Notes: a model not told the origin generated them from the sequence alone. A DNA stretch of 63,878 nt, filler included, from Phoronis australis (GCA_002633005.1; 5 parts of 5 records of this genome joined end to end with filler, not necessarily neighbours in it); one strand, 5' to 3'. Positions 1 to 12,637 are shown, numbered from the whole stretch's first letter. Made by a program: numbers and translations.

Positions 1-319
1 GAATTCGACTCTCACACCCCTCGACCCACAATCCCCACGACCGACCACTTTCATCACCCAAAGCCGGGTTCGGCTCCGTCAAGTTATCGACTCACCTTCG
101 GCTTCGCTGGGTCTGCACAGCTGTACAAACCGGCACAACTAGCAGCAGACAGCCGCACGCTTCAAATGCACCATAAACAAAGCGCATATAATCGAAATTT
201 TCTGAGGGAAACGGCAGACGAACCTCCGAAGCAACGAAAAGAAGCCGATGCCCTTTTCGTCAGGACAGGAATCACGTACTATTTTTCAGTTTGGCGGATC
301 AGAGCGCGACACTTCAGGT

Positions 320-915
320 GATGAAGCGAGTAAAAGGAAGACCCCAGCGCTGAAAGGCATCCTGCACACAGCCAACGACTGAAGAGTGTGGGCAGACCTT
401 GCCGGTCATCAGTCATTCTTCCCTCATCACCTTGTCCAGACGCCCCAGCGCCCTGACTTGGTTACTTACTCGGACAGTTCCCACCAGGTCATCCTGATTG
501 AGCTCACTATCCCGTGGGAGAGTAGGGTGGAAGAGGCACACGAGCGAAAGAACTTGAAGTATGCAGACCTGAGGAATGACTGTCATGCTAACGGCTGGAG
601 ATGTTGGAGTTTTTCTGTGGAGGTCGGCTGCCGGGGTTTTCCGGCCAGTTCGGTCATCACCATGGCGAGATCTCTTGGCGTCTCCGTGTCAGGAAAGAAG
701 GCTCTTCTACGCGATGTAACCACTGAAGCTGAACAGGCATCTTGTTGGATTTAGATGAAATGCCAACAACAACAACACCAACAACCGTCAGACAGAGCCT
801 GATCAACTATGTTGTCCCGCCTACTAGAGATGGTCTTGGTTTAGGGACGAAACCATTAAGGACTGTAGGAGACCAACTGAAGATGGCGGTTGAGCACAGT
901 TCCATCAAGTGTTTA
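320..915 (+). mobile_element. 3' fragment of an RLE-type non-LTR retrotransposon (HERO/R2-superclade-like): restriction-like endonuclease domain plus 3' UTR, decayed
   Basis: Translation GILHTAND*RVWADL...RPDLV...ILIELTIPWE...AHERKNLKY...VEVGCRGF...EQASCWI* carries the PD-(D/E)xK RLE motifs. Two stops (380-382, 752-754) fall at Trp-like positions. Boundaries approximate. Confidence 0.85.
803..893 (+). ncRNA. Putative non-circularly permuted hammerhead ribozyme
   Basis: Core CUGAAGA 877-883, GAAA 849-852, GUC 833-835. Stems: I 836-842/870-876, II 814-818/844-848, III 830-834/852-856, extra 820-824/865-869, closing 803-813/885-893. Confidence 0.7.
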
Positions 916-1860
916 AAGTAAGCACTAGTGAAGAGAGAAACAGTGTCATCAATGTCCCCGGTGTCCAGTATGGAATCCCAATCAGAGGAGATAATATCCT
1001 GACGTAGTTTATCGGTGTCGACTTGATCATGTTTCCATATGGCTCGTGTGGTGTCTTGGTCTTTAACCAGTTTGTTAAGTGTTAAAGCGGTTTCAACTTT
1101 GTGGTGATTAGAATTGCCAACAGGAAGTAATACAGAACATGATTCAATGACATTCAAATTGTTTGTTATGCAGAGATCAATACATGATTGAGAAATGTCG
1201 GTAATGCGCGTTGGCTCATTAATTAGCTTATGCAGTCTTCAGAAAGTAAGATATCAAACAATTGTAGTCCCGCCGCATTGTCATGATCGTCATGAAACCA
1301 GGTGGAGTTTCTGGAATTAGAATCCTCATATGATTATACCAACCCTATTGTGATTAAATTGCGCAAAGTAATGGGATAGATCTTTGAAGAAGTGTTTTCT
1401 TTCAGTTGGTGACTGATAAGGTGATCGATAAAACAACCCATAGAGATTTTTTCTGGGACCGAAATAAACTTAGTTAGTCCAGCATTTGCATATCTGAGAT
1501 CAAGTTTAACTGGCACATAAGTAAAATGTGAGAGTGTTTTTAGTGGACAGGATGATGCCACGACCACTGTTACTGTGATAGGCTATACTGTAACCATTAT
1601 CAAAATCGTCTTCGGTAACATAAGTTTCACAAAGGGCGACAAACATATAATTGTTGGACAGGGCAAAGTTCTTTAACGGTTGGAATGTGGAGAATTTGTT
1701 TGATTTGATGCTAGTATGCTTGAAAACAGAATTAAAAGTAATATTGCCGTCAGGCCCAGGATTTTCTTCAACATCGCCTTCACTAAGAGAGGGCACATGG
1801 CAATAACGACTCCGTAATCCACACAGGTGTTATGTGAACAATAGTCAGGCACGTCAGTAA
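915..1860 (-). mobile_element. Decayed APE-type LINE (CR1/L2-like) ORF2 N-terminus: endonuclease domain
   Basis: Fragments FVALCETY, PTRITD-like and IDLCITN segments, LPVGNSNHHKV (SDH-like) and DWDSILDTGDIDDTVSLF, broken by frameshifts and stops. The element probably continues beyond the MITE to about 2630. Confidence 0.75.
1752..1778 (-). other. 2A-like ribosomal stop-go peptide (GDVEENPGP)
   Basis: Exact D(V/I)ExNPGP consensus immediately N-terminal to the APE domain. Confidence 0.8.
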
Positions 1861-1868
1861 CCTGAAAC

Positions 1869-2478
1869 TATGGTGGGCCGATGAGGGGAAAGTGTCGCCG
1901 TAAAATTACGCTCGTAATTACGAGCGTAAATTAAATTGCAGTAGTGTCGCCGTACAATTACGCTCGTAAATTAAATGGGGGAAAGTTTCCCCGTAAAATT
2001 ACGCTCGTAATTACGAGCGTAAATTAAATTGAAAAAGTGCTGCAGTAAAATTACGCTCGTAAATTAAATGGGGGAAATGTCGCCGTAAATTACGCTCGTA
2101 AAATACCTTAAGAACGTTCCAAATTTAAACCAATCAGTGTTGACCTAACATACACGACTGTTGCCGGCTAGGGAGCTCGTTCTTGCACAATCGCTGACAT
2201 TGCAGCAGCGATTTGATCCGCCATAATTCAGCGCTCGTATCATAGACATGTAACCCGTCAGTAAATAAGTATTTCCATGAGCACGCGCGACCGTGGATTG
2301 TAAAACCCAACGTCACTGGCTAAGAGTTTAAACTAAATTACGAGCGTAATTTTACGCCGTAAAGAATTAAATTACGATCGTAATTTTACGGCGTAATTAA
2401 CAGCGTAAATAACGGCGTAATGTACATAATTACGCTGGTATTTTTCCGGCGACACTTTCCCCCCAACGGCCCATCACA
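1869..2478. mobile_element. Non-autonomous DNA transposon (MITE), 610 bp, 6-bp TSD; IS3EU-like by termini
   Basis: TSD TGAAAC at 1863-1868 and 2479-2484. Imperfect ~50-bp TIR (TATGGTGGGCCGATGAGGGGAAAGTGTCGCCG vs TGTGATGGGCCGTTGGGGGGAAAGTGTCGCCG). Subterminal AATTACGCTCGTAA arrays. Superfamily assignment is inferred. Confidence 0.85.
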
Positions 2479-3602
2479 TGAAACTGCATAACATGATGTC
2501 TCATACCATGACCACCACGAGAATTGAACCATACTGGGAGAAACATTGACAGACCAGAGAAACTAGCTATACTCCAGGCACCCAATGGATAGCCGTATAA
2601 GTACACCAAAGCTTATCGACAATTCAAAATTGGTTAATTACACACGCACACATGCACACGCACACGCACACACTCAAACACGCCTCGCAGAAATGTCACC
2701 TACCTGAAGAGCATGGGACCTCACCGACCGTGTGAACGGTGAGGAAGCTGAGGGACTGGGGTTTGGTTGACGTTTTATGTGGCATGGGTATGGGGATTTG
2801 TACTGTGGGTTTTGTATCTGCTGGTCCAGGATTGGGGTTTGGAGAAGTGTAGCTTAATTTAGATATACAGCCATGGAATCGATTCCGCCCTCTGTCCTAT
2901 GTCCAATACTCTATTACAAACTCAGGATATTGAAAATCAAAATATCACGCAGGAAACTTATTTCTCGTAATCAATTGATATCGTCATTTCTAAGAAATCG
3001 TGTGCTTACGTGTTGTATATAATCTCCCCGAAGGGGAAAAGTTAACAACCAAAGCTGAATCATTAATACTGGGTATTGGGTTTGAAATTGAACACAACTC
3101 AAAGTCTACACAATTACGTCGACTTCGAATGACTCAGGATAATGACAGAAATAGTTAAGAGAACTGAACTGCTTAAAGTACTTGTTGGCCAAGTCGAATT
3201 TACATGAAGCTCCATCAGCAGGGTGTTAGACTGCCATCGTGGGCATTGCAGGTTCACATTCGCACCAAGACTAATCTCAGGAATCACTTTTCTTTAAAAT
3301 GATGTGAAAGCTCAGAGATTACAAAACGAAAGTGAAATTTTTCTTTAACACGCATCTTGCATTATTCGTATTCAATGTATAAACGTCGAAGCGTGTATTA
3401 TTTGCTTTAGCCCAGCAGCCTATCAACTACCAAAGTCACGTTTTTTTTTCGATTTTCTGTTCAAACATTATACAATGGCGATCACTGGGGCATTGTACAT
3501 TGGTATCGAACACTATTCTGAACAGAAAGGGTCAGTCATCCGACGTGTTATTAAAAGTAAGTTTTCAAGTTGGCATGGCGTAAACTGCATGTACATGTAG
3601 AC

Positions 3603-3667
3603 ATGTCATTTTTTCTAAAGTTGCTCATCTTGCTGTTATCTGGACGATTGGCGCTAAGTGCGGATGG
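3603..3667 (+). CDS. Gene 1 exon 1 (signal peptide) of a giant secreted EMI/EGF/FN3-Ig-like repeat protein
   Basis: MSFFLKLLILLLSGRLALSAD-G then GTAAG donor. Phase 2 matches the next exon. Confidence 0.65.
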
Positions 3668-4674
3668 GTAAGATTTAACTTATTCTTTCACGTGTATTGT
3701 ATCAGGAACTGAAAGAGCTCCGAGCTTTTGTTGTTTTTTGTTAACGAATAAGACCTACGTGTAGACTACGTGTGTAACAGAATTATCTCCTAAGCGATGG
3801 TCTTTGTTGTATTTTCTCCATTTTAAAGCACAGATCAAAAGATGTCAACAAAAGTGGAACAATTTTTCGTAATTTTCTTCGAAATGTTTTAAAGTTCTTA
3901 AAAAACGTCCAATGTGATTCACCTGTTGGTGTCATTTTGTTGATACAACGACAGGAGCTCAATTTAAAAATTTTATCTCAAATTCTGTTTATTTAAAAGT
4001 TAAATGGAAATTTTAAAAAAAGATATTTAGGACTAATGGTCTCTAGTTCAATCCCAGTGTGTGCTAAGAAAAAGGGGAAATGTCCATTATCGACCAAGAT
4101 GAGTGTATCATACAACCGTGCTCTTTCTTCTAAGAACGCTGCAACACCTGAAGATGACATCAAAGTGACGTTGAGTCAATGTAAATGGGCTAGAGGTTGA
4201 TTAATTTCACGGATAGATTTTAGAAATGATGTTACCATAACCATCACTTCAAGGCGGTCTTAGTAGGAAGACAGAATATAAACTGACTGACGAGATGGCT
4301 GGAGACATGAATATGCAGAGTGACGATACATGACACGAGGATTTCAACAGCCTGGTACAGGAACTCAGTGTTCCTACCTGACTACAATTTGAAAGTTGAA
4401 GAAGGTCATCAACGGTACTACGTACGAAAGGGGAGCAAATTTGCACACATGTGCATAAAAGGTCCACGTAAACAGTTTCCGATATTTTGCGAATAATTAC
4501 TACAGACACACATTTCTTAATATAACCACTCTACATTTTATCAGTGAAAAATTTAAAGGATGAGAGTAAACTCTCAGCAGATTTGCGTGCCCGTGCAAAC
4601 AACAGCAGCATCATCGTCGTCGTCGTCGACGACAGGAGCAGCAGCAGCAACGACAATAGCAATGAAACAACCCC

Positions 4675-4675
<1 letters not shown>

Positions 4676-4761
<86 letters not shown>

Positions 4762-4791
4762 ATTAATAATAATAATAATAATAATAGCATC

Positions 4792-4820
<29 letters not shown>
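4676..4820. repeat. Compound (AAT)n/(GAT)n microsatellite
   Basis: Directly visible; explains the poly-I/M/S ORFs. Confidence 0.95.
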
Positions 4821-4822
<2 letters not shown>

Positions 4823-7510
4823 CCAATAATAGTGGTAATCATAGTAATAAATAGTACTAGTAATTATAGTACTAGTAATTTAAAAACCGTTGCAGCGAAT
4901 ACAAAAATGATATATGTGGAGCTGTGAAGGTGGGCAACAAACTACCAAAGCAACACTATGACATCAACATTAGGAAATTCAGAGGAAGTTCGTAATAAAA
5001 TGGATTAAGTGAGGGAGGGTTATAAATAAACTGAATGAAAAAAAGTCCAGAAGAAATTATGTACGATGGCTCAGTGTTGCAACAAGACAAATAAATCCCG
5101 TAGTGCAATTTAACCAATAGGGAAGAGACCAAGAATGGCCAGTCACCCGAGAATCAAAACATTATGATATAAGGAGTATAACTGACAGAAGAAAATAATT
5201 CAATACTTAAATAATGTTTACATGCGATACCTGCGAAGCGATACTGAAGCTAGTTTACAGTGAAACAACACATGAGGACGAGATGAAAGGTCATATATGT
5301 TATGACAACAACAGAAATTGATAAATACATAAGTTATATAATATGTTGAGCTGTAAAGATGGGTGACGATCTAGCACAGGAATCAGCAGAAGGATGTATC
5401 CGCCCACTTTGACCAAATTTATAGAAAGTGGACATCAACCTAATCTGAAGTAAATTTTCAACAATGAAATCCTACCTGTGGGGACAATCATACCTTGACA
5501 ATGCTGTTTGTTGATTCTCTTGGTTTTAACTTGCACTCCGGTTACAGATCATTGATACACTTGAGCGTATATTCGTCACTTCTAAATATACGTCCACGCT
5601 TATGTATGGAACTGACTGTTGGTTCCTAAACTGATATTTCCAAACACGAGCCCTGGGCTTGTTTGCAGAAAATTCTGATACCAAGTTACACCCAGGTTCA
5701 GATTTATTTCCTGCGTAAATGTTGCTCATGTAAATTAAATATTAGATACAGTGTATTTAAAGCAATTTTGATAGTGTGCTCTTCGTTTGGATCAATAAAT
5801 GCTGAAAATAAATAGCACTTTTGTCTTCACTGTCTATCCACATATTTATGAACACGTTGATTATTAGTACCGTTGTCAAAATGCAGATCTACAGTTTCCA
5901 TTAAAAATTAGATGCGCCCTAAGCAAAGGCTACGTCGTAAAAAGTAACCGAGCAAAATTGTTCTCGATGCTTTTATTCTAGTCTCTGCAGTACATGCAAA
6001 GAAACATACTACCGTCGAAGAAGTTTAAGAGCCACCCCACGAGGGAATCAAAAGAAATAAAAAATGCCTCTAGGAGTCATCTTTTTTACATTCAGCTTAA
6101 ACTTTGTGTATGTGATCATGGTGTGGCTCTGATACAAAATCACCAAATTTGCACTTTCTGACATCTTAACTTTTCACCTTTAGGCCTTCAAAGGTTCACG
6201 AAGAAAATGACACGTTTGGGCATACCGAAACCAGCAATATGAAAAAAACTGCATGTAACGAGAGAAAACACATAATGGGATTAGAAAGTGAGACATCAGG
6301 ATTACGAAATATCATTAAAATAAATACTAAGAATTTGGCTGCATTCATCAAGTGACAGGGGAGATAAACCCGGAGGCACTTTTTGAACTTTTGAAAGTGG
6401 GTGTTACTCAAGTGCTTCTACAAGCCAGTTTGCGGGGCTGTGAACATTGAAATATATCTTTATAGACCGATCTTGGATGTGTGAGCAAATTTAAGAAATC
6501 TCTCGAATGGGCTATCTCCATTTTTGTTCTAAAAATGCGTATTCTACATTAAACGAATTTTTTTAACTTGGTTATACTTAAAATGGTTTCAAGAAGAAAT
6601 GATTAATGAGAATTAACATTTTAGATACCATAATGTTGTCTAACATATCAATATACCATTTCACACATTAAGCATTCGTAACTGATAGTGGGTCAGAGGT
6701 TACGCAGGCACAGGTGATGGCCTATTTTTCTTGAGTCAATATCCAAACCGGTTGACGCCCTCCGAGACAATTTTTAGACCGATATAAATGATTCATGTGA
6801 TTTTTTAATGAAATATTCCGATTCGTGCACTATTTCAAGGTGATTTAGCTTTTGTTTATAAAAATTCTTTCGAATTAAGGGTTTGAGACCACACGAAGCA
6901 TAAAACCGAAAATTATTTTTTCTCTTTGAATACAAAAGCCTATATCACAGCAAATACATTGATGACATTTTGTCTGAAACAAGAAAATAAAGAAATTATC
7001 AAAATCGCACGGTGCGTTAAAAATTATGGCTATCTGTGTATCAAATTTTGACACTGTTTTGATTGGGTCGGCCATCTTGGATACCAACGGTTTAGTTTAC
7101 GAGTTTCAAAGTGCTTAAAATTATTTTGACAAATATTCTAACACCAAAATTTAGTGAAACGTATCCTTACCTACCATTCTGTACAATCCAAGAACTTACA
7201 GCATAATTTAATCACGCAGACACAACTTATTGAGTGGTTTAAGTGCTCAAAATTAACGTTGGATAACATGGCGACTTTTGTTGAACTGAAATGCATGGTC
7301 AACCGGCTAGATTGTCATCGATGAAGATTTAGCCTAGGACAAATCCCGTTTACACCTGTTTTTTTAGTCATGAGGTCCACAAACTCAAGACCCCTGTATC
7401 CCTACATTGTAGGCTGGATGTGGTGAAATTCTGGTTATTAAAGCCACAACATCAATTGTGTCACAGTTGGAGTTAAATGGCCCAACTTTGTTTTCCTAGT
7501 GCTCGCTATA

Positions 7511-7514
7511 TAAT

Positions 7515-7571
<57 letters not shown>

Positions 7572-7750
7572 AACAATAACAATAACAATAACAATAACAA
7601 TAACAATAACAAAAACAATAATAATAATAATAATAATAATAACAATAATAATAATATAACAATAACAATAACAAAAACAATAACAATAACAATAACAATG
7701 ACAATGGCAATAACTATGACAATGACAATGATAATGATATTGATAATAAC
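7511..7750. repeat. (AAC)n/(AAT)n microsatellite, probably the 3' tail of the adjacent LINE
   Basis: Directly visible; on the minus strand it follows an AATAAA at 7763-7758. Confidence 0.9.
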
Positions 7751-7754
7751 AATA

Positions 7755-8575
7755 TAATTTATTATACTTTGCCTACTCATAAATAAATGCATAAATTCAA
7801 ACGTATATCCAGAGTATTTACACGAAAAGCAGTTCTTCTCTTAAAGCCATAGCCTTCTGAATGTACAATGCAAGGCCCTCGATACAGTCATGATTTTTCT
7901 GTTGGAATAACTTAACAAGAGAATAGTTAACATTCTTAAGCTCTGATAGAAGATATCTTCAAAGGTCTCCAAGAACAGGGCATCGACACATGAAATGAGG
8001 CTCATCTTCAATGACACTCACACAGCATATGTCGCATATTCTCTCACTTCTAGGAATACCCATATGTCTCCCTTTCTCGATATTGAATGGGTGACCTGAA
8101 TATCGAAATTGCGCACGTTTTCTTCTTGAAGTAAGCGCTTAAACAATTCACATATTGCTCGAAAACAAGATCACGTTTAATAAGACAATAAAATTCATAT
8201 TTATTTGAGCTACCTATTTCCTGTTGCCATTCCTGTACGCCAAAATCCAGTAATCTCTGTTTGAATACCATAATAAATTCAGCACTATTGCCTGGGCCAA
8301 GTAACCACACTTCTCCATAGCCGTACCTGTACAAAATTTCTTTGACACTGTGAACCCAGTTACAAATACCATTTTCACTTTGTTCCCTAAGCGTACTGTA
8401 ACACTTCAGTGGGTACCTACATGCGATGTATGTTCTTCCATATCAAGTAATTTTGTCCAATAGATAATTGGTTTACACATATATTTTGTAATTAACAATT
8501 GCCTCCCATATTCACCGCGAGCCATAGCATTTGGCGTTTTAATACTCAATCTCAGAACAAATTTTACAGAAATCG
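7755..8575 (-). mobile_element. 5'-truncated non-LTR retrotransposon 3' end (RTEX/L2-like ORF2 C-terminus with CCHC finger), decayed
   Basis: KTPNAMARGEYGR...IIYWTKLL; YRYGYGEVW...FKQRLLD..QEW; FRYSGHPFNIEKGRH..PRSERICDICCVSVIEDEPHFMCRC. Confidence 0.85.
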
Positions 8576-10458
8576 TTATGTACTTTTTCAATAGACTCAA
8601 AATATACATGTACTATATATTTTATCGTAATTAATGGCAGTTTGTAGTTGAGGTGAGCGTGCACATCCTTGCCACCCGTCTACACCTCACTAAGTGACGT
8701 CCCCCATCCCCGATTGGTAGCTGCGTAATTTGTAACCCCTCAGTTAACAGCGCGGTGCCCCTCTTGGTCGACACCTGTTTAGCACTCCCCCCTTCGGCAG
8801 GCTCCCGGCGGCATCTAACCTCCCTTGCTACGGCACAGACTCAGTCACTCGGTATGTTTGCTACGAAGTCCAGATCGTTGTGTTGAACTGTGTTTACCCA
8901 ATGCCTGTCATGAACTGAGTCATTAATACAATTGTCTTTCGTGAATTGTTTTCTCTTGACCTTGAATGCATGCATTTCCATACCGTTAATGATCGTACTT
9001 TCAGAAATATTCAACCTGGTTGGAATGGCCGGCGACCCGTCTGGAGACTAATAGCAACCAGCAGGGTCATTCAATTTTACAATGAGTTTTGACCGAGTTG
9101 AAGATTTTTTACACTGAACTGAGGGCCATAACCCCCTTAGGTTCCTCCCTTCCTATGCCTGAGGCTTTTAAAACTAAGATAAAGCACGAGTAAGGCAAGA
9201 ATACGCTAGTAGTCGCGTCCAGTCTCCATGTAAACAAACAGCGACGCCATCTATCATTTAGACGAAATACGCATGTCAGTCACAATTTATGTACATAATT
9301 TTTGTTATAATCAATAATCATTAGTGTGGTTTTAAGAGAATAGTAATTAGTAGTACTGTCTGCTTTTTTTTCTAAAATTCAAGCTTTTTACATCGTTTTG
9401 CAAGCTAATAAAACGTTTCAAGAGACCCCCTATTGGTGATTGAGGCAACTGAGAACAGGCAAATAGGACGAAGTGCATTTGATGTAATGCTTCGTAAGCA
9501 AAAACTACGGCAGAGGCAAGATTTTGTATTTTAGATTATGAAGAGGAAGCGAATGACTAAACAAATTATTATCAGTTTTTGAAAAGGTGCAACATGGCTG
9601 CTACGGAGTGCCAAATTGAGCCGAAAATGGCTTCAGTGAAAACCTGCAAAATAGACGTTTTCTTGCCACACAAAATCAAAACATACAAATTTGAAAATAA
9701 ATTTTGAAAATTATGCCATTTATCTATTCAATCATAGTCTTTTAAAACTGTATCACTCATTTGTTATCAGCTAGCTATATTTGCTAGTAAAATACAGTCT
9801 ACTTCGACGCCTAATTTTGTTGCAAAATGGAGTCATAAGAAGAGAAAAAATGGATGCAAATTATTAAAATTTATTTTTTCTACATCTCACCAAACCACCT
9901 CATGTGCTAAGTCTCACAAAATCTGTGAGTTTGGGTATAGACTCTACCTGGTGGTTTTTATATGGAGTCGCTCTTAAGTTGGCGAATGCATAACTCTGAT
10001 GTAATCTCTTGGCCAACACTAAACACATGATTTCAACCAGTCCTCATGGGCTGCACACCATAGGGGGCGGGGGGGTATAGCCCTCACTTTTTTCAGTGCT
10101 GCGCCACCTGTGATCCTCCATCTGTCGGTGCAATCAGTTATTACTTGAGTAATAAAAGCACAACTCAACTAAAAACACACACTCACTACGTCACAGAATG
10201 GATAGTATGATTCTTGGTTGGTGGTCTTCTTCTAACAGCGTAGGTCTCGCTTTTCCGTTTAGCACGCGTTGCAAAGGATTTTCAAGAATTGCTCTAAACT
10301 TTAAGGATTGACATAGCAACAGAGCATTCTCCTTTGTTTCAGAGTGTTGGATGAGAAAGATATTATCAATATTTATCAATAGGTCAAAACCTGATTTCGT
10401 ATCCTTTTAACACGGGATTCTTGTTCTTCCAATTAGTTCAGTGTTCCTATTTTTACAG

Positions 10459-10560
10459 GAAGTGTTCGTATTATGTCACAGAGGTATATCGCAGGAGCTA
10501 CCAAGAGCGTTACACAGAGAGCTGTGGTTTTTTGTGGTGGTGGAGATGCACCCGCTACAG
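10459..10560 (+). CDS. Gene 1 exon 2 (EMI-like)
   Basis: AG/GT bounded; KCSYYVTEVYRRSYQERYTESCGFLWWWRCTRY. Confidence 0.85.
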
Positions 10561-12063
10561 GTATAAGTTACTCATTAAAAAATAACACGACGTACCTATC
10601 GTTTGATTAAAAAGTACCAAGCCTGACAATATGCTAATGAGCTTAATTATATATATATAACTTAATTAGCCGCTGTGTCCCTTTGTAACCCATACACTAC
10701 TATGGCGGTGAATCAAACGGTTTCCTCAGGGATTTTGAAAAGCGGTTGCAATCATGGGAATTAACGGCAGTACCTTTAAGAAAAACAGGTATTTCTGGTA
10801 AGCCTGATTAAGGATATATTCAGCATCTTGAGGATTATGATATAACTAAACACAAGAAGCGTTGATTTATTTCTAGGCTCGATTTCTTTGTCAATGAACA
10901 AAGCATTTCAACCTTAGCCACCTTTTTAGATAGTTTGACACGTCACATTACAATGGATTGTGGGATGTCGTTCATTCAGAGCAGAGCAAAACTGACCATT
11001 GGAAACAGAGAACGCACACAAACATTTTTCTGTCAACCATTGACTTGGGCAGCGTTCCCTAGACCCGAGGCATTAGGCTAGCTCTTGGGGCAAGACGTCT
11101 TCGCACATGGAACGGATCCAAAACGGTAACTCTCTCACAAAATTCAAAAATCCAACTTCACCAAACATATCACTTAGTGGTCGCCATTTTGTTAGTTTAT
11201 TCTAGTTATGTGTCGATTATACTCGCGTGATTTTGCGTGCTGGCATTCTTCCAAGAAACTGGGTCTACGGAACGCTAACCTGGATGAAGATTCCATAATG
11301 ATCCGCAATCAGTTGAAAGTGTTTGAAACGAGATGTCCCAAGGAAACAGTCATATTACCGAAATGACCCCGAATGTATAGTCAATCGTAGTTTGATCAAA
11401 GAAAACACGTTTCTTTCCCAAATGGTCTCATTTTTGTTATTAATGTATATCATATGTACCGTCAACACCCTACTTTATGGAACATCTCTGAACAATATAG
11501 AAAATAATTTATCCGAGTTTTCCATAAAACGTACAAAAGTTTTCAGGACGAAGCGACACAAATTTTTGCGTCTTATCCTCCGCAATTTACATTTTGCCGG
11601 TTTTGATATCGGACATCGGTTTGTTAATTCAAATATTTTAGTTAAATATGTCCAACACATCTTTAATCAATACGCGTTAGTTTTACAACTTATTTTATAC
11701 AGTATTTGCCTACTTTCGGTTCGTCTTGGAGTTATTTGAAACCTGAAAGGCGGTAGTATCGGGGATTCTAAGATTTACATGATCTAGCTGTTTGGGTGTG
11801 TTAAGATAAGCTCGCAAAACGAGTGCAAACTAGTGCCAAGCTTGTATTCCATGCAGGAAATCTTGTATGTCACCAAAATAAGTGCATTATCTCCATTGCA
11901 GAACTGACATGAGTGTCACGTCATGGAGTTAAAAATTGCGGCACAGGCATGTCGTTATCACATTATACATTATTGAAAGTTACTTTGTTCTAGGTGCAAA
12001 TTGACGATTTTATAAATGAGAGAAATTAATGTACGTTTTGTGGAATTATTACCGTACTTTCAG

Positions 12064-12152
12064 CACGGCGTACAGACATGATACCAGACAAGTAATGAGG
12101 TACCGCTGCTGTCCAAATTACTTGTATGTTCGTCAGAATTCTACCTGCGAAC
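12064..12152 (+). CDS. Gene 1 exon 3 (EMI-like C-half)
   Basis: AG/GT bounded, phase-consistent; TAYRHDTRQVMRYRCCPNY...STCE. Confidence 0.85.
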
Positions 12153-12637
12153 GTAAGTTTTCACGTCATAGCGTACTGTATTGCTAAATGTTAGATATAA
12201 AAAAGTTCAAGATGAAATCTCAAAATATGCATTAACAGTTTTAATAATTATCATTTCGTTTTCGTTTGATGCAACTTTGGAAATTTTCCATAAAAATCAT
12301 CAATGTCATTTTTGATAACAAAGAGGAACAATTTAAAATCCATTCCGTTTTTGAGACCAATACATAAAGCGTGGTATCTGAAAGTTTCATGTGAATCCAA
12401 TTATCCATTCCGAGATATGATGTTCCGAAGTTTGCTACATGTAGATATGGACAATTTTCTAAGGTCGTACATGACCTTAACCAAGAGTTCTCTAAGCATC
12501 TGACAAGTGATTGGCGTGAGTGACACCCCATGAGTATTACACCGCAGTTGCTTGGCAAAATTTATTTTCTCCACATGTGTTACCCGATTGTGATTATTTG
12601 TTTCACTGTTCGTATAACGGGGATTTCCGATAGATCC

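Larger units (their letters stand above)
6029..9973. mobile_element. Possible TTAA-flanked Kolobok-like non-autonomous element (or two ends of related copies) with nested insertions
   Basis: TTAA|GAGCCACCCCA at 6025-6039 versus TGGAGTCGCTC|TTAA at 9963-9977 (9/11 inverted match). Confidence 0.3.

Noticed and set aside
3474-3557. Alternative first exon ATGGCGATC…AAAA|GTAAG for gene 1
   Set aside because: No signal peptide, and its phase 1 does not fit exon 2; the exon at 3603-3667 fits on both counts.
4531-4927. ORFs with poly-I/M/L/S
   Set aside because: Translations of microsatellite tracts.
4150-5525. Possible decayed Gypsy gag/pol remnants (R.KGEQI, TLTKFIESG..P)
   Set aside because: Motifs too short and broken to support a call without a search.
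7438-7792. ORFs with poly-C/Y/T/L
   Set aside because: Microsatellite translations.
8643-9040. GC-richer segment starting TGT, possible solo LTR with a PBS-like TGG
   Set aside because: No convincing CA end plus TSD, and no second LTR.
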